DNA of 64,000 bases from a bacterium (GTDB lineage Bacteria; Patescibacteriota; UBA1384; CAILIB01): contig JBAXRQ010000001.1 of assembly GCA_037131105.1 (NCBI GenBank), positions 458,263 through 522,262 on the forward strand. Direction: 5' to 3'. The position numbers and the translations under genes are program-made. Below the pieces are notes generated by a model that worked only from the letters and a program-made list of their open reading frames with translations, was not told where the DNA came from and searched no databases. This document shows positions 43,703 to 54,024 of this stretch, piece after piece; position 1 is the stretch's first letter, and each line of letters begins with the position of its first letter.

Positions 43703-44650
43703 ATGGAATATATAAACCTACCCTCCATGACGGTTATCCAGGAGACTGAAGCTTTCGGAAGCTTCAGTATCGAGCCGCTCTTCCCCGGCTACGGTTCCAC
43801 CCTGGGCAACGCCATGCGTCGCGTACTCCTTTCCTCTTTGGAAGGTGCAGCCGTGGACTTTGTGGAGATCGAGGGCGTCCAGCATGAGTTCTCAACCATC
43901 CCCGGCGTCAAAGAGGATGTCATCCAGCTACTATTGAACCTGAAAACATTGCGTTTTAAGCTCAATGAAGAGCGGGCTGAGCTTACCCTTGAAGCCAAGG
44001 GTCCTGGTGCCATTACTGCCGCTAGCTTCGGTTCTACGGCCGACTGCTCGGTAGTAAACACCGACCTGCATATCGCTACCTTAGACAAGGGCGCTACCCT
44101 TTCTATGCGTATCGGCGTCAAGCGCGGCCGCGGCTACGAGCCTGTTGAGAAGAAGGAAGACCGTAGCAAGACCGTCGGCGTTATCACTACCGACAGTATC
44201 TACTCGCCTGTACTGGCAGTCTCCTATAAAGTTGAAAACACCCGCGTCGGTCAGATGACCAACTATGACAAGCTGGTGTTGGATATCACTACTGACGGCA
44301 GTATCGCTCCCGTTGATGCCCTGAAGAAGGCAGCTGTAATCCTTACCGAACAGTACGCCGCTATCGCTCAGCTTCCCGTATCTCCTCTTGAGGCTGACGA
44401 GAGCACTTTTGAGAGCCACGAAGAGATTATTGTTACCGACGACGCCATCGAAATCCTGCACACCCTTGATCCTAAGACTAAGGTAGAGGACGCCGGTCTT
44501 TCCGGCCGTACTGCTCACGCCTTACAGGCTGCAGGTTACAAGACTCTTTCCGGTCTGAAGCGCCTTTCCGATATCAAGCTTCAGAGTATCAAGGGTCTGG
44601 GCGCCAAGGGCGTCGATGAGGTCCGAGCCGTCCTATCCCGCGTTGAGTAA
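43703..44650 (+). CDS. rpoA: DNA-directed RNA polymerase subunit alpha.
   Basis: 315 aa with NTD and CTD. Confidence 0.95.
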   Translation: MEYINLPSMTVIQETEAFGSFSIEPLFPGYGSTLGNAMRRVLLSSLEGAAVDFVEIEGVQHEFSTIPGVKEDVIQLLLNLKTLRFKLNEERAELTLEAKGPGAITAASFGSTADCSVVNTDLHIATLDKGATLSMRIGVKRGRGYEPVEKKEDRSKTVGVITTDSIYSPVLAVSYKVENTRVGQMTNYDKLVLDITTDGSIAPVDALKKAAVILTEQYAAIAQLPVSPLEADESTFESHEEIIVTDDAIEILHTLDPKTKVEDAGLSGRTAHALQAAGYKTLSGLKRLSDIKLQSIKGLGAKGVDEVRAVLSRVE

Positions 44651-44667
44651 GAGAATACTATACTACT

Positions 44668-45105
44668 ATGACTACCCGCAAACTTGGCCGTAAGAAGGAG
44701 CATCGCGAGCGCACCCTGCGCAACCTTGCCACCAGCCTCGTATTATATGAGAAGGTTCAGACTACCGAGGCTAAGGCCAAGGCTGTCATTCCCGTCGTTG
44801 AACGGCTGGTTACCCGTGTCCGTCAGGGAGACCTGGCCGGTATCCGTTACGCCAAGTCGGTCCTGTTCGATACCAATGCCGTTACTAAGCTGTCCGAGGA
44901 CCTCGCCCAGCGGCAGGGTTCCCGTACTAGCGGCTTCGTCCGTATCACCAAGCTGGCACCCCGTCCCGGTGACGGCGCCCCTATGGCTCAGCTTGAGCTT
45001 CTGCTTACCTCCGTTGAGGAAGTGATCGAGAAGACCACCCAGACCAAGGTGCGTGTCCGCAAGGTGGCAAAGAGCACTACCAGCGAACCTGAGAAACAGT
45101 CATGA
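44668..45105 (+). CDS. rplQ: 50S ribosomal protein L17.
   Basis: 145 aa L17 signature. Confidence 0.9.
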   Translation: MTTRKLGRKKEHRERTLRNLATSLVLYEKVQTTEAKAKAVIPVVERLVTRVRQGDLAGIRYAKSVLFDTNAVTKLSEDLAQRQGSRTSGFVRITKLAPRPGDGAPMAQLELLLTSVEEVIEKTTQTKVRVRKVAKSTTSEPEKQS

Positions 45106-45524
45106 AGACCTCCGCCATCCGAAAACATGAGCCTACCTGGCATATCCTTGACGCCAACGAAAAGGTAGTCGGACGTCTGGCCACCAAGGCCGCCGACCTT
45201 CTACGTGGCAAGGGTAAGATTTCCTTTGTCCAGAATATGGACTGCGGTGATCACGTAGTGATCATCAATGCTAAGTCCCTGGTACTTACCGGCAATAAAG
45301 CTCAGGATAAGGCCTATCATCACTACTCCGGCTTTCACGGCGGCCTAAAGACCGTTCTGGCCAAGCAGCTGATAGAGGAAGCGCCTGAGAAGATCATCGA
45401 GTCTGCCGTAAAGGGCATGCTCCCTAAGAACAAGCTTCAGAACGAATGGATGAAGCGCCTGCATGTATACGCCGGCAGCGAGCATCCTCACCAAGCCAAC
45501 GTCGCAGCCTTACCCGTCGAATAG
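45102..45524 (+). CDS. rplM: 50S ribosomal protein L13.
   Basis: 140 aa L13 signature. Confidence 0.93.
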   Translation: MKTSAIRKHEPTWHILDANEKVVGRLATKAADLLRGKGKISFVQNMDCGDHVVIINAKSLVLTGNKAQDKAYHHYSGFHGGLKTVLAKQLIEEAPEKIIESAVKGMLPKNKLQNEWMKRLHVYAGSEHPHQANVAALPVE

Positions 45525-45530
45525 TCACCT

Positions 45531-45920
45531 ATGCCAGAAGCAACCAAAAATAGTTACGTAGCTGCCGTGGGCCGTCGCAAGTCGGCTGTGGCCCAGGTGC
45601 GCCTCATCTCCAAAGGCAGCGGAAAGATCGTTATTAACGAGAAGCCGTTCACCGGCGAGGAGCCTGCCTATGTCGCCCCCCTTAAGCTTGTAGGTAAGTT
45701 TGGCGATCTTGACCTCAGCGTCCACGTAGCCGGAGGCGGAATTCACGGCCAGGCCGATGCCATCCAGCACGGTATTGCCCGTGCCCTACTCAAGATTGAT
45801 GAGGAATTTCGTACCACTTTGAAGAAGGCTGGATTCCTTACCCGCGATCCTCGTGAGAAGGAGCGTAAGAAGCCAGGACTGAAGAGCGCCCGTCGGGCTC
45901 CTCAGTGGTCGAAGCGCTAG
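45531..45920 (+). CDS. rpsI: 30S ribosomal protein S9.
   Basis: 129 aa. GRRKSAVA start, C-terminal ...RRAPQWSKR. Confidence 0.95.
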   Translation: MPEATKNSYVAAVGRRKSAVAQVRLISKGSGKIVINEKPFTGEEPAYVAPLKLVGKFGDLDLSVHVAGGGIHGQADAIQHGIARALLKIDEEFRTTLKKAGFLTRDPREKERKKPGLKSARRAPQWSKR

Positions 45921-45928
45921 CTTCTTCC

Positions 45929-46252
45929 ATGGATCGAAGTACCCGGGCCGCACGTCTTGCGGATCAAATCAGGGATTATCTGGCCAGCTGGTCGCAGCAG
46001 GACCACCCAGGATACATCTTTTCACTTACTCAGGTCACCCTTACCCCTGATCGCAGTCGTGCGACGGTATGGGTTCAGGTCAGCCAGCCGGATCAGCGTG
46101 ATACCGTGCTGGCTTTTCTGCGAAAGGATGCCTCGAACTACCATCGCAAACTCCTGAAGGCCCTGGCTAAGCAGAACGCCCCCCTGCTTACTTATAAGCT
46201 GGACGACAGCCAGGCTCTCAATAAGCTGTTTGACCAGCTCCTCCAGTCGTAG
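45929..46252 (+). CDS. rbfA: Ribosome-binding factor A-like (KH fold).
   Basis: Pattern R..IR..L..........SLT.V.L..D...A.V.V resembles RbfA. Start taken at the ATG at 45929; the track ORF begins at a GTG at 45905 that overlaps rpsI. Confidence 0.55.
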   Translation: MDRSTRAARLADQIRDYLASWSQQDHPGYIFSLTQVTLTPDRSRATVWVQVSQPDQRDTVLAFLRKDASNYHRKLLKALAKQNAPLLTYKLDDSQALNKLFDQLLQS

Positions 46253-46303
46253 CCGTTGAAGTGAGAATTTGCTATGGTGGGACAGAGGCAGTAACAAGTA
46301 CCA

Positions 46304-46696
46304 ATGCGCGAACGACGGATCCTTTTTGTCCTTATTGCCCTGGGCATACTCAGTTCTGCTGAGCTGTTCGTCATTCTGACCACTATTGCTCCCTCGGGAG
46401 CTGATAAGCAGGTGCTCTGGCTGCTGTTCGTCTGTCTGTTCACATCTGTTTCCATTGGGCTTTCTCTAGTATGGCATCCGGTAAAGCAGACGATTCACCG
46501 GAGCGAGCGTGTCTCCCGTCTCTCGTCGCTTCGCCAAACCGCCCTGATATCCTTAGTACTGACGCTGGTACTGCTTTTCCGCAGCCTTTCCATTTTCAGC
46601 CTATGGGACATTATTCCTCTCGCCATTTCTGCAATCCTCATAGAATTCTTTTTCCAAGCCGATAAGACCTCGCTTACCCCGCATGAATCCGAATGA
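46304..46696 (+). CDS. Small integral membrane protein, unknown function.
   Basis: 130 aa with 4 hydrophobic segments. Confidence 0.5.
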   Translation: MRERRILFVLIALGILSSAELFVILTTIAPSGADKQVLWLLFVCLFTSVSIGLSLVWHPVKQTIHRSERVSRLSSLRQTALISLVLTLVLLFRSLSIFSLWDIIPLAISAILIEFFFQADKTSLTPHESE

Positions 46697-47690
46697 CTAC
46701 CTTTCCACAATTCAAGCTGAAGTATCACGGCGCCTAGCGGCGGGAGAGAGTCCTGACCAGCTGCGTCAGGAGATACTGGGCCGTAAGGGTGAGCTTACTC
46801 TTATTTTAAGAAGTCTTTCGACGTTGCCTCTCGATGAGCGCGCTTCACTTGGCCAGAAGGCCAACCTAGTCAGAGATTCCCTTGAGGTGTTGCTTACCGC
46901 GGCAACAGGATCACAAGCCGTATCGACGGGCGATCTGCCCGATATCACAGTACCTGAGTACCCTGTAGAGCACGGTACTATTCACCCTATCTCCGCCATG
47001 GTGGATGAGTTGGTAGCTATCTTTGAGGACCTTTCATTCGAGGTAGTCGAAGGTAATGAAATTGTCAGTGACCGGGAGAACTTTGAGAATCTCAACATGG
47101 ACAAGGACCATCCGGCCCGAGACGGCCATGACACCTTTTATATCGACCCAACTACGTTGCTACGCACCCAGACCTCTGCCATTCAGGTCAATGAGATGAA
47201 GAAGCGTATGAAGACCGGCCAAATGCCGATCAGAATTATTGCTCCTGGCAAGACCTATCGTCGCGACTCCGACGCTACCCACTCACCCATGTTCCACCAG
47301 CTGGAAGGTCTACTAGTCGATACGCAGACTACGTTCTCTGATCTGAAGGGCATACTGGCTTATGTTGCCCAGCGACTGTTTGGTGATGACGTGGAGACCC
47401 GCTTCCGCACCCATTTCTTCCCGTATACCGAGCCGAGTGCTGAGGTAGACATTCGTTGGAAGAACGGTAACGGGGAGGGAAAGCATATGCAGTGGATCGA
47501 ATGGTTCGGCTGCGGCATGGTGCACCCCAAGGTCCTTGAACGGGCCGGGATCAACCCCAAGGTCTACCAGGGCTGGGCCTTTGGTATCGGCATAGAGCGT
47601 CCTATTATGGTTCGCCACCAGGTACCGGATATGCGCATTTTGTTTGAGAACTCACGGCACTTCCTTGATCAGTTTGGCCAGAACCTATGA
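46683..47690 (+). CDS. pheS: Phenylalanine--tRNA ligase alpha subunit.
   Basis: 335 aa, class II aaRS motifs. Confidence 0.95.
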   Translation: MNPNDYLSTIQAEVSRRLAAGESPDQLRQEILGRKGELTLILRSLSTLPLDERASLGQKANLVRDSLEVLLTAATGSQAVSTGDLPDITVPEYPVEHGTIHPISAMVDELVAIFEDLSFEVVEGNEIVSDRENFENLNMDKDHPARDGHDTFYIDPTTLLRTQTSAIQVNEMKKRMKTGQMPIRIIAPGKTYRRDSDATHSPMFHQLEGLLVDTQTTFSDLKGILAYVAQRLFGDDVETRFRTHFFPYTEPSAEVDIRWKNGNGEGKHMQWIEWFGCGMVHPKVLERAGINPKVYQGWAFGIGIERPIMVRHQVPDMRILFENSRHFLDQFGQNL

Positions 47691-50065
47691 ACATATCCTA
47701 CCGTTGGCTGAAAGAATTCGTACGAACCACCACTACACCAGAAAAGCTGGCTGATGCCCTACGAGTGGCCAGCTGCGAGGTGGAGTCCATTGAATCATGG
47801 TCTGAGAAGCTGAAGGGCCTGGTAGTGGGCAAGGTGCTGACCGTCTCCCCGCATCCAAACGCCGACCGACTTCGCGTGGCCACTGTATTAGTGGGCAAGG
47901 ACACTAAGACCATAGTCTGCGGTGCTCCAAATCTTGCTGAAGGACAGACCGTTGTGGTGGCCTTGCCAGGTGTGACCATCCACCCGGTGAAAGGTGATCC
48001 GTTTACGCTTTCTGAAAGTTCGATCAGAGGCATGAAGTCTGAGGGGATGCTGTGTGCCGCCGAGGAGATAGGGCTGGCCCTGCCTTCCGAAGGCATTCTC
48101 GTACTCGATGAGAGCCTTGTGGCTGGCACTGATTTTGCAAAGGCCGCCGGTCTTGACGACATAGTGCTTGATCTGGAGATTACCCCGAACCGACCTGATT
48201 TGCTTTCCCATATCGGTATTGCCCGCGAGGTTGCGGCGCTTGAAAAGAAAAGTCTAGCCGAGCCGGCCTTAGCCTCGTTCGAGCGCATACTTGACGCCGC
48301 ACCTGCCAAGGTAACTATCGATGATCCGTCACTCTGCTTAAGGTATTCGGCGGTAGTTCTGGAGGGAATTCGTGATGTACCTTCGCCTTTATGGATGCAG
48401 GCACGACTACTTCTCTCGGGTGTGCGTCCTATCAGTGCAGTGGTGGATGTGACCAATTATGTCATGCTTGAGCTTGGCCAGCCTATGCATGCCTTCGATC
48501 TGGACAGACTGGGTGATACGATCTCGGTAAGAAGCTCCCATCGCAATGAGCGTCTGACTACCTTGGACGGTATTGATCGTCAGCTGGAGTCTGGGGACAT
48601 AATGATAACCGGGCAGAAGGGCAAGGCCGTCGCCCTGGCAGGCATTATGGGGGGAGCTACCACTGAGATTAGTAATGGCACAACCCGGGTACTTCTTGAG
48701 TCAGCCTGCTTTGCCGGCGCCCATATTCGACGTACCTCTCGTCGTCTGGGGCTGCGTTCCGAGGCTAGTGGTCGATTTGAAAAAGGCCTCGATCCCGAGC
48801 AAACCGTAGTGGCTCTGAAGCGGGCGGTCTATTTGCTTCAGCAGGTAGCCGACGTGAAGGTAATCGGCGGCCTTATTGATGTCTATCCTGCTAATCAAGA
48901 TGAGCGACCCCGTATTCACCTGACGTTTGCTCGCGTGCAGCAGTTGCTTGGCATCCATATCTCTGCCGCAGAGACAAAGTCCATACTACAGCACCTTGGC
49001 TTCCAGACGCCCTCGCTCACCAAGTCTTCTTTTGACGCCATTCCTCCCAGCTGGAGGCGCGATGTCTCCATACCTGAAGACGTCGTGGAGGAGCTTATCC
49101 GTATCTGGGGTTTCGACCGTCTGCCGGCTGCCCTTCCAAGTGGAGTCATCAAAGCACCGGTACCCAACGCCTATTTCAATGACAAGCGCCGGGCCCGCCG
49201 GGCCTTGGCTGGAGCCGGTCTACATGAGACCGTCCACCTAAGCTTTACCTCACTGCAGACTCTTGAGAAAATGGGCGAACCAGCCTCCTCCTGTGTGAAG
49301 TTAGACTATCCCTTATCGGTTGAGACTGAATACCTGGTCCCCAGTCACTTGCCGCATTTCTTGGAGAATTATGCCGGCACCAATATCAAGGAAACTACCT
49401 ATGGCCTCTTCGAGATAGGACGCGTCTTCCGTGCCCCGCACAGTGAGCAGGAGAGGCTCTCATTGATTCTTCGTGGCAACGACGCTGAGGAGCTGTATAG
49501 AGTAGCCAAGACCGCGCTTCGCCGGCTGCTTGCCGCCCTTGAACGACTTGATGACACCTATGAGCTCGTATCCACCGAAGACGGTCCTTCACAGTTGGTA
49601 GCTGGGAGCGTACTTCAGATCTCAGTAAAAGGAGTCGCAATAGGGTATCTCGGCTTGGTTAAGCCCGAGATCATCTCGGTCTTCAAGATCCGCAGCGGCC
49701 GCACACTTCTCTTTGCTAGTCTGGACCTGGAAAAGCTACTGGCGACTGCCCCTGTACACCTATCGTACCGTCCTGTCTCAGCGTTTCCCGGTATTGAGCG
49801 TGACCTGACTGTTATTGCCCAGCGCTCCATGCCGGCATCTGACCTCTTACGCTTGATCGAGTCAGCTCAGCCTTCAGGAATTGAGAGAAGGCATGAGATA
49901 GTGGGTATCTTTGCTGGAAAACCGCTTGCTGACAACGAGAAGTCCTTTACGGTCCACTTTGAATACTCCTGTCCTGATCGTACCCTAGTAGATGACGAAG
50001 TGAACCAAGACCAGAACATGCTTACTGCTCTTTTGACCGAGAAGCTGAAGGTCAAGGTAGGATAA
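47687..50065 (+). CDS. pheT: Phenylalanine--tRNA ligase beta subunit.
   Basis: 792 aa with tRNA-binding, B3/4 and B5 domains. Confidence 0.95.
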   Translation: MNISYRWLKEFVRTTTTPEKLADALRVASCEVESIESWSEKLKGLVVGKVLTVSPHPNADRLRVATVLVGKDTKTIVCGAPNLAEGQTVVVALPGVTIHPVKGDPFTLSESSIRGMKSEGMLCAAEEIGLALPSEGILVLDESLVAGTDFAKAAGLDDIVLDLEITPNRPDLLSHIGIAREVAALEKKSLAEPALASFERILDAAPAKVTIDDPSLCLRYSAVVLEGIRDVPSPLWMQARLLLSGVRPISAVVDVTNYVMLELGQPMHAFDLDRLGDTISVRSSHRNERLTTLDGIDRQLESGDIMITGQKGKAVALAGIMGGATTEISNGTTRVLLESACFAGAHIRRTSRRLGLRSEASGRFEKGLDPEQTVVALKRAVYLLQQVADVKVIGGLIDVYPANQDERPRIHLTFARVQQLLGIHISAAETKSILQHLGFQTPSLTKSSFDAIPPSWRRDVSIPEDVVEELIRIWGFDRLPAALPSGVIKAPVPNAYFNDKRRARRALAGAGLHETVHLSFTSLQTLEKMGEPASSCVKLDYPLSVETEYLVPSHLPHFLENYAGTNIKETTYGLFEIGRVFRAPHSEQERLSLILRGNDAEELYRVAKTALRRLLAALERLDDTYELVSTEDGPSQLVAGSVLQISVKGVAIGYLGLVKPEIISVFKIRSGRTLLFASLDLEKLLATAPVHLSYRPVSAFPGIERDLTVIAQRSMPASDLLRLIESAQPSGIERRHEIVGIFAGKPLADNEKSFTVHFEYSCPDRTLVDDEVNQDQNMLTALLTEKLKVKVG

Positions 50066-50787
50066 TGGAACGCCTTAACAAAGCCATTGCCGCCAGTGGC
50101 CTCGCTTCCAGGCGTCAAGCCGACGCAATTATCTCAGCAGGTAGGGTCGAGGTTAATGGTGAGATCACTACCGATCTCTCTACTAAAGTTGACCTAGCCA
50201 AGGACAAGGTCCATGTGGATGGTAGGCCGTTGAAGAGTGCCGCTCTGGTGACCTATATCCTTCACAAACCTAAGGGAGTGGTGTGTAGCACGGCTGCCCA
50301 AGGAAAGGGGCGACTCGTAACCGATATGGTACCAAAACAACCACCGGTCAATCCTATTGGCAGGTTGGATAAGGAGACCTCGGGGCTTATTCTGCTTACT
50401 AATGACGGCGCTTTGGCGCACCGTCTCAGCCATCCCTCGTTTGAGCATGCCAAGGAATACCACGTGGTCGCCCGCTGGCAGGCGACCCAGGGTGCCAAGC
50501 CGCTGGACTGGGTGAAAAAAGAGCTGGCAAAAGGGGTGAAGCTAGGTGACGGCTTGGCTAAAACCGACAGTCTCTCAGTGGGATTGCTTCCTGATGGAAG
50601 GCTGGACCTCCGCCTTACTATTCATGAGGGCAGACACCACCAGGTAAGAAGGATGTGTGCCACCCTGGGTCTGGATGTGGTAACATTGGTACGTACCAAA
50701 TATTCCGGCCTCAGCCTGGCAGGTCTTAATCCTGGCCAGTTTAGAGCCCTCACGATAAGTGAAGTCAGACGCCTTCATGCCGCGTAA
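50065..50787 (+). CDS. rRNA pseudouridine synthase (RsuA/RluB family) with S4 domain.
   Basis: 240 aa. S4 start RLNKAIAASGLASRRQAD, catalytic GRLDKETSGLILLTND. Confidence 0.85.
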   Translation: MERLNKAIAASGLASRRQADAIISAGRVEVNGEITTDLSTKVDLAKDKVHVDGRPLKSAALVTYILHKPKGVVCSTAAQGKGRLVTDMVPKQPPVNPIGRLDKETSGLILLTNDGALAHRLSHPSFEHAKEYHVVARWQATQGAKPLDWVKKELAKGVKLGDGLAKTDSLSVGLLPDGRLDLRLTIHEGRHHQVRRMCATLGLDVVTLVRTKYSGLSLAGLNPGQFRALTISEVRRLHAA

Positions 50788-51778
50788 ACGCCTGCTAGCC
50801 ATCCTGGTATCGCTCTACCTGGTTTTTGGTGTGGGTATTGTCGGTATGGCGGCGAAAGTGTGGGCATCCTCATCCCCGACTCTTCACATCTCCGTTCTAG
50901 GGGCATCTTCTGACTCCACGGTCCTTGCTGATGTCTCAGCGGCGCCGATACTTGCCAGCTATCCTACTCTTGATGCAACTTTGCTTCCGAGGATCCTTTC
51001 CAAGGAATATTCGCTGTATGACGTCGACAGTGGCAGGACTCTGGTGAGCAGCCAGATGCTGGACCCGGTTCCCATCGCCAGTACTACCAAGATGATGACC
51101 ATTCACCTTGCCACACGGTATCTGATCCCTTCCGACACGCAGACCGTATCACTGGCCGCCGCCAAGCAGCCGCCGGAGAGTTCTCTTATGGGCATACATA
51201 ACGGCGAGCGAATTACGGTAGAACAGCTTATGTACGGCGCTATGATGGTGTCAGGAAATGATGCCGCCTACGCCTTGGCAGAGCAGAGCGGGGGAGTGCT
51301 GCTGAACAACCAGTCGGCTAGTAGTAGTGAAAAGATCGCCAGATTCGTGGTTGAGATGAATGATGAAGCCAAAGCTCTTGGCATGAGCTCAACCAAATAC
51401 GTCGAACCAGTGGGCATCAATGATGAGGTACGCTCAAATGCTGTTGACCTAGCCAAGCTGGCTAGTATCTGGGTGCGTGACCCTGAGGTTGTAAAGATCA
51501 TAGGTACCCCGACCATCTCATTCAATAGCGACAGCGGGTACCACTATGACATGAAGGACTCTAACCGACTGGTGGCAGATTATCAGTACCAGGGAATAAT
51601 AGGGGGTAAGACCGGCTATACCGATGCAGCCGGGCATTGTTTGGTAAATGTGGCAACAAGAAACGGCCACACGCTGGTAGCCGTCATTCTGCATACTAAT
51701 TCTCAGACTAACGAGGCATCTGCCCTAGAGAGTCGAAAGCTCTTAGATGCTGGGTTCAGCCTTACGCACTGGAATTAG
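50759..51778 (+). CDS. D-alanyl-D-alanine carboxypeptidase (peptidase S11, PBP5/6-like), membrane-anchored.
   Basis: 339 aa with SxxK, SGND and KTG motifs. Confidence 0.85.
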   Translation: MKSDAFMPRKRLLAILVSLYLVFGVGIVGMAAKVWASSSPTLHISVLGASSDSTVLADVSAAPILASYPTLDATLLPRILSKEYSLYDVDSGRTLVSSQMLDPVPIASTTKMMTIHLATRYLIPSDTQTVSLAAAKQPPESSLMGIHNGERITVEQLMYGAMMVSGNDAAYALAEQSGGVLLNNQSASSSEKIARFVVEMNDEAKALGMSSTKYVEPVGINDEVRSNAVDLAKLASIWVRDPEVVKIIGTPTISFNSDSGYHYDMKDSNRLVADYQYQGIIGGKTGYTDAAGHCLVNVATRNGHTLVAVILHTNSQTNEASALESRKLLDAGFSLTHWN

Positions 51779-52467
51779 TCGGTGACTGCTCGCAAAGCAT
51801 TAGCCGCTGCCGCAATCTGAGCAGACTGCTTGCTACTTCCGGTACCTTGTCCCAGCTCCTTTTCGCCGGCATAGACTCCCACCACGAACTGCTTGGCGTG
51901 GTCGGGACCTTCTTCAGATACAATCGTGTAATGTGGGGTGATCGAAAACTGCTCCTGGGTATACTCCTGAAGGCGGCTTTTTGGGTCAATAAATAGCTTC
52001 TGCTCGAGTACGTCGGCCAGACGGCTGATCACGCAACTAGAGATAAAGGTCTGGCAGACGTCGTACCCCTGGTCAAGGTACATGGCGCCTAGCAATGCTT
52101 CAAACGCATTGGCCAGGATAAGGCCCTTGCTCTTGCCGCCACTCTTTTCCTCTCCGTAGGAAAGCATCATGAGCTCGGGGAAATCCAGCTCGAGGGCTAC
52201 CTTTGCAAGTGTCTCTCCCTTTACCAGGGCGCTGCGCCAGTTAGTGAGCTCGCCCTCAGGGTTGGGGTAGTTCTTGTAGAGATGCTCGGTGACTACCAGC
52301 TCAAGAACCGCATCGCCAAGGAATTCAAGGCGTTCGTTATGTCCGAGGGCAAAGCCGCGGTGTTCGTTAAGATAAGAGCGGTGTACGAATACCTGCTGTA
52401 GAAGATCTTTGTCAGTAAAGGTAACCTTGATGCGCTCCTCTAGAGCTGGTAGCAGTTCAGCGCTCAT
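51775..52467 (-). CDS. rnc: Ribonuclease III.
   Basis: 230 aa. ERLEFLGDAVLELVV signature plus a dsRBD. Confidence 0.93.
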   Translation of the reverse strand: MSAELLPALEERIKVTFTDKDLLQQVFVHRSYLNEHRGFALGHNERLEFLGDAVLELVVTEHLYKNYPNPEGELTNWRSALVKGETLAKVALELDFPELMMLSYGEEKSGGKSKGLILANAFEALLGAMYLDQGYDVCQTFISSCVISRLADVLEQKLFIDPKSRLQEYTQEQFSITPHYTIVSEEGPDHAKQFVVGVYAGEKELGQGTGSSKQSAQIAAAANALRAVTD

Positions 52468-52897
52468 CTCGTGGCTTTAGAGTATTCTCATGTTTGCGGT
52501 AAACGAAGCCCAGAACTCCATTAACGAACTTAGAGGAGCTATCGCTGCCGAAGGTCTTGCCTAGCTCGATGGCTTCGTTGATGGATACTCGTGGCGGCAC
52601 GTCTTCTTCAGGATCGTAGAGCATCTCGTACATGGCGACGCGCAGGGTATTCTTGTCCACCCGGGCCACCTGTTCGAGCGGCCACTCTGGGGCGGCCTCT
52701 ACGATAAGAGCGTTGATCTCATCGATGTGTTCAATGACTCCGCTTACCACCTTGTGAACGTAGTCGGCGTCGACGTCCTTGCCGAACTCGTTAATATTTC
52801 TTTCTACTATTTCGTCCAGATTCTCACCACCCCTAAACTCCCACTCGTAGAGCGACTGCATGCAGATCGTCCGGGAGAGGTGGCGGTTTTGGGCCAC
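52457..52897 (-). CDS. nusB: Transcription antitermination factor NusB.
   Basis: 146 aa NusB signature. Confidence 0.9.
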   Translation of the reverse strand: MAQNRHLSRTICMQSLYEWEFRGGENLDEIVERNINEFGKDVDADYVHKVVSGVIEHIDEINALIVEAAPEWPLEQVARVDKNTLRVAMYEMLYDPEEDVPPRVSINEAIELGKTFGSDSSSKFVNGVLGFVYRKHENTLKPRDER

Positions 52898-52907
52898 GTG
52901 GAAAGTG

Positions 52908-53087
52908 TTAGGCCTTCTGGGCTAGTACCTGGCGACCCTTGTACTGGCCGCAGTTCGCGCAGGTTTGGTGCTTGATGACCAATGCCTGGCAGGTAGGGCA
53001 CTTCTGGGTAGCCGGGAGAGTGATTCCGAGGTTGCGGCGGCGGTTGGCGGAACGAACCGGGCTCATCCGCTTCTTTGGCTGTGCCAT
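52908..53087 (-). CDS. rpmF: 50S ribosomal protein L32 (Cys4 zinc-ribbon form). Not in the ORF track because it is under 60 aa.
   Basis: My translation is MAQPKKRMSPVRSANRRRNLGITLPATQKCPTCQALVIKHQTCANCGQYKGRQVLAQKA, 59 aa, with a TAA stop read as complement 52910-52908. Confidence 0.85.
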   Translation of the reverse strand: MAQPKKRMSPVRSANRRRNLGITLPATQKCPTCQALVIKHQTCANCGQYKGRQVLAQKA

Positions 53088-53193
53088 ATCTGGCTGGAGT
53101 TACAATATATCTTGGTTGACTATACCAGATTGGGGCGAAACAGGCAACTGCCGAGGTGGCTTATTACTCTTTCACCTGCTACTATGCTGAATA

Positions 53194-54024
53194 ATGAATA
53201 GAATACGTCTCACTCTTGCCGTTCTTTTCTCTGTAGCCGTTATCGCGGTGGCTTTCTGGGTGATCTCACTGCGGCCTTCTACGCCTCCTAAAGAGGCTAT
53301 GGCCGTAGCCACTGCCTTGACCAGGCTGACGACTCCCACTCCTACTCAAGTACCATCACCGACCTCTTTAGCCATAGTAGAGCTCAAATCGACTCCAATA
53401 CCTAAAGCGACGCCGGTTCCGACTCCTACCTCTCAGCCTACTCCGCTCCCGACTCCGACGCCTCTACCGTCAAGTAAGCTTCTAGTCGTAGCCTTCACCT
53501 CCCAGGCTCCCTTTGCGAAATGGGACGCCCTGCACGAGGATGCCTGCGAGGAGACTAGCCTGATCATGGTACATCACTACCTGTCAGGTAGGCCTTTAGG
53601 TGATAAGACGGCGGTAGACAAGGAGATCACCGACATGGTGGCCTGGGAAGAAGCGCACGGCTACGGCCCGAGCATTACGGCTTCACAGCTCTCAGAGATC
53701 TCCAAGCAGTATCTGGGAGTTTCAACAGGCAGGGTGAAGACTATGAGTTCTATCACTGATATTAAAAGGGAGATCGCAGCTGGCCGCCCGGTTATCATCG
53801 GCATGGCCGGAAAAGTCTTGCCTAACCCGAACTTCAGCAACGGAGGCCCCAACTACCATATGCTGGTGGCAATCGGATATGACGAGACAAGCATTATTAC
53901 CAATGATCCCGGTACCCGCCAGGGTTCACATTTCGCCTACACTTATCAGGCGTTCTTTGACTCAGCCCATGACTGGGTGACAGGGGACATACTCCAGGGA
54001 TCTAAGAACTACTTGGTGTTCTAG
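53194..54024 (+). CDS. Membrane-anchored protein with a Pro/Thr-rich linker and a C39-like (papain-fold) peptidase domain.
   Basis: 276 aa. N-terminal TM, TPxP repeats, then ...ACEETS... and ...HMLVAIGYDE... resembling the Cys/His dyad of YvpB/BtrH-like peptidases. Confidence 0.45.
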   Translation: MNRIRLTLAVLFSVAVIAVAFWVISLRPSTPPKEAMAVATALTRLTTPTPTQVPSPTSLAIVELKSTPIPKATPVPTPTSQPTPLPTPTPLPSSKLLVVAFTSQAPFAKWDALHEDACEETSLIMVHHYLSGRPLGDKTAVDKEITDMVAWEEAHGYGPSITASQLSEISKQYLGVSTGRVKTMSSITDIKREIAAGRPVIIGMAGKVLPNPNFSNGGPNYHMLVAIGYDETSIITNDPGTRQGSHFAYTYQAFFDSAHDWVTGDILQGSKNYLVF

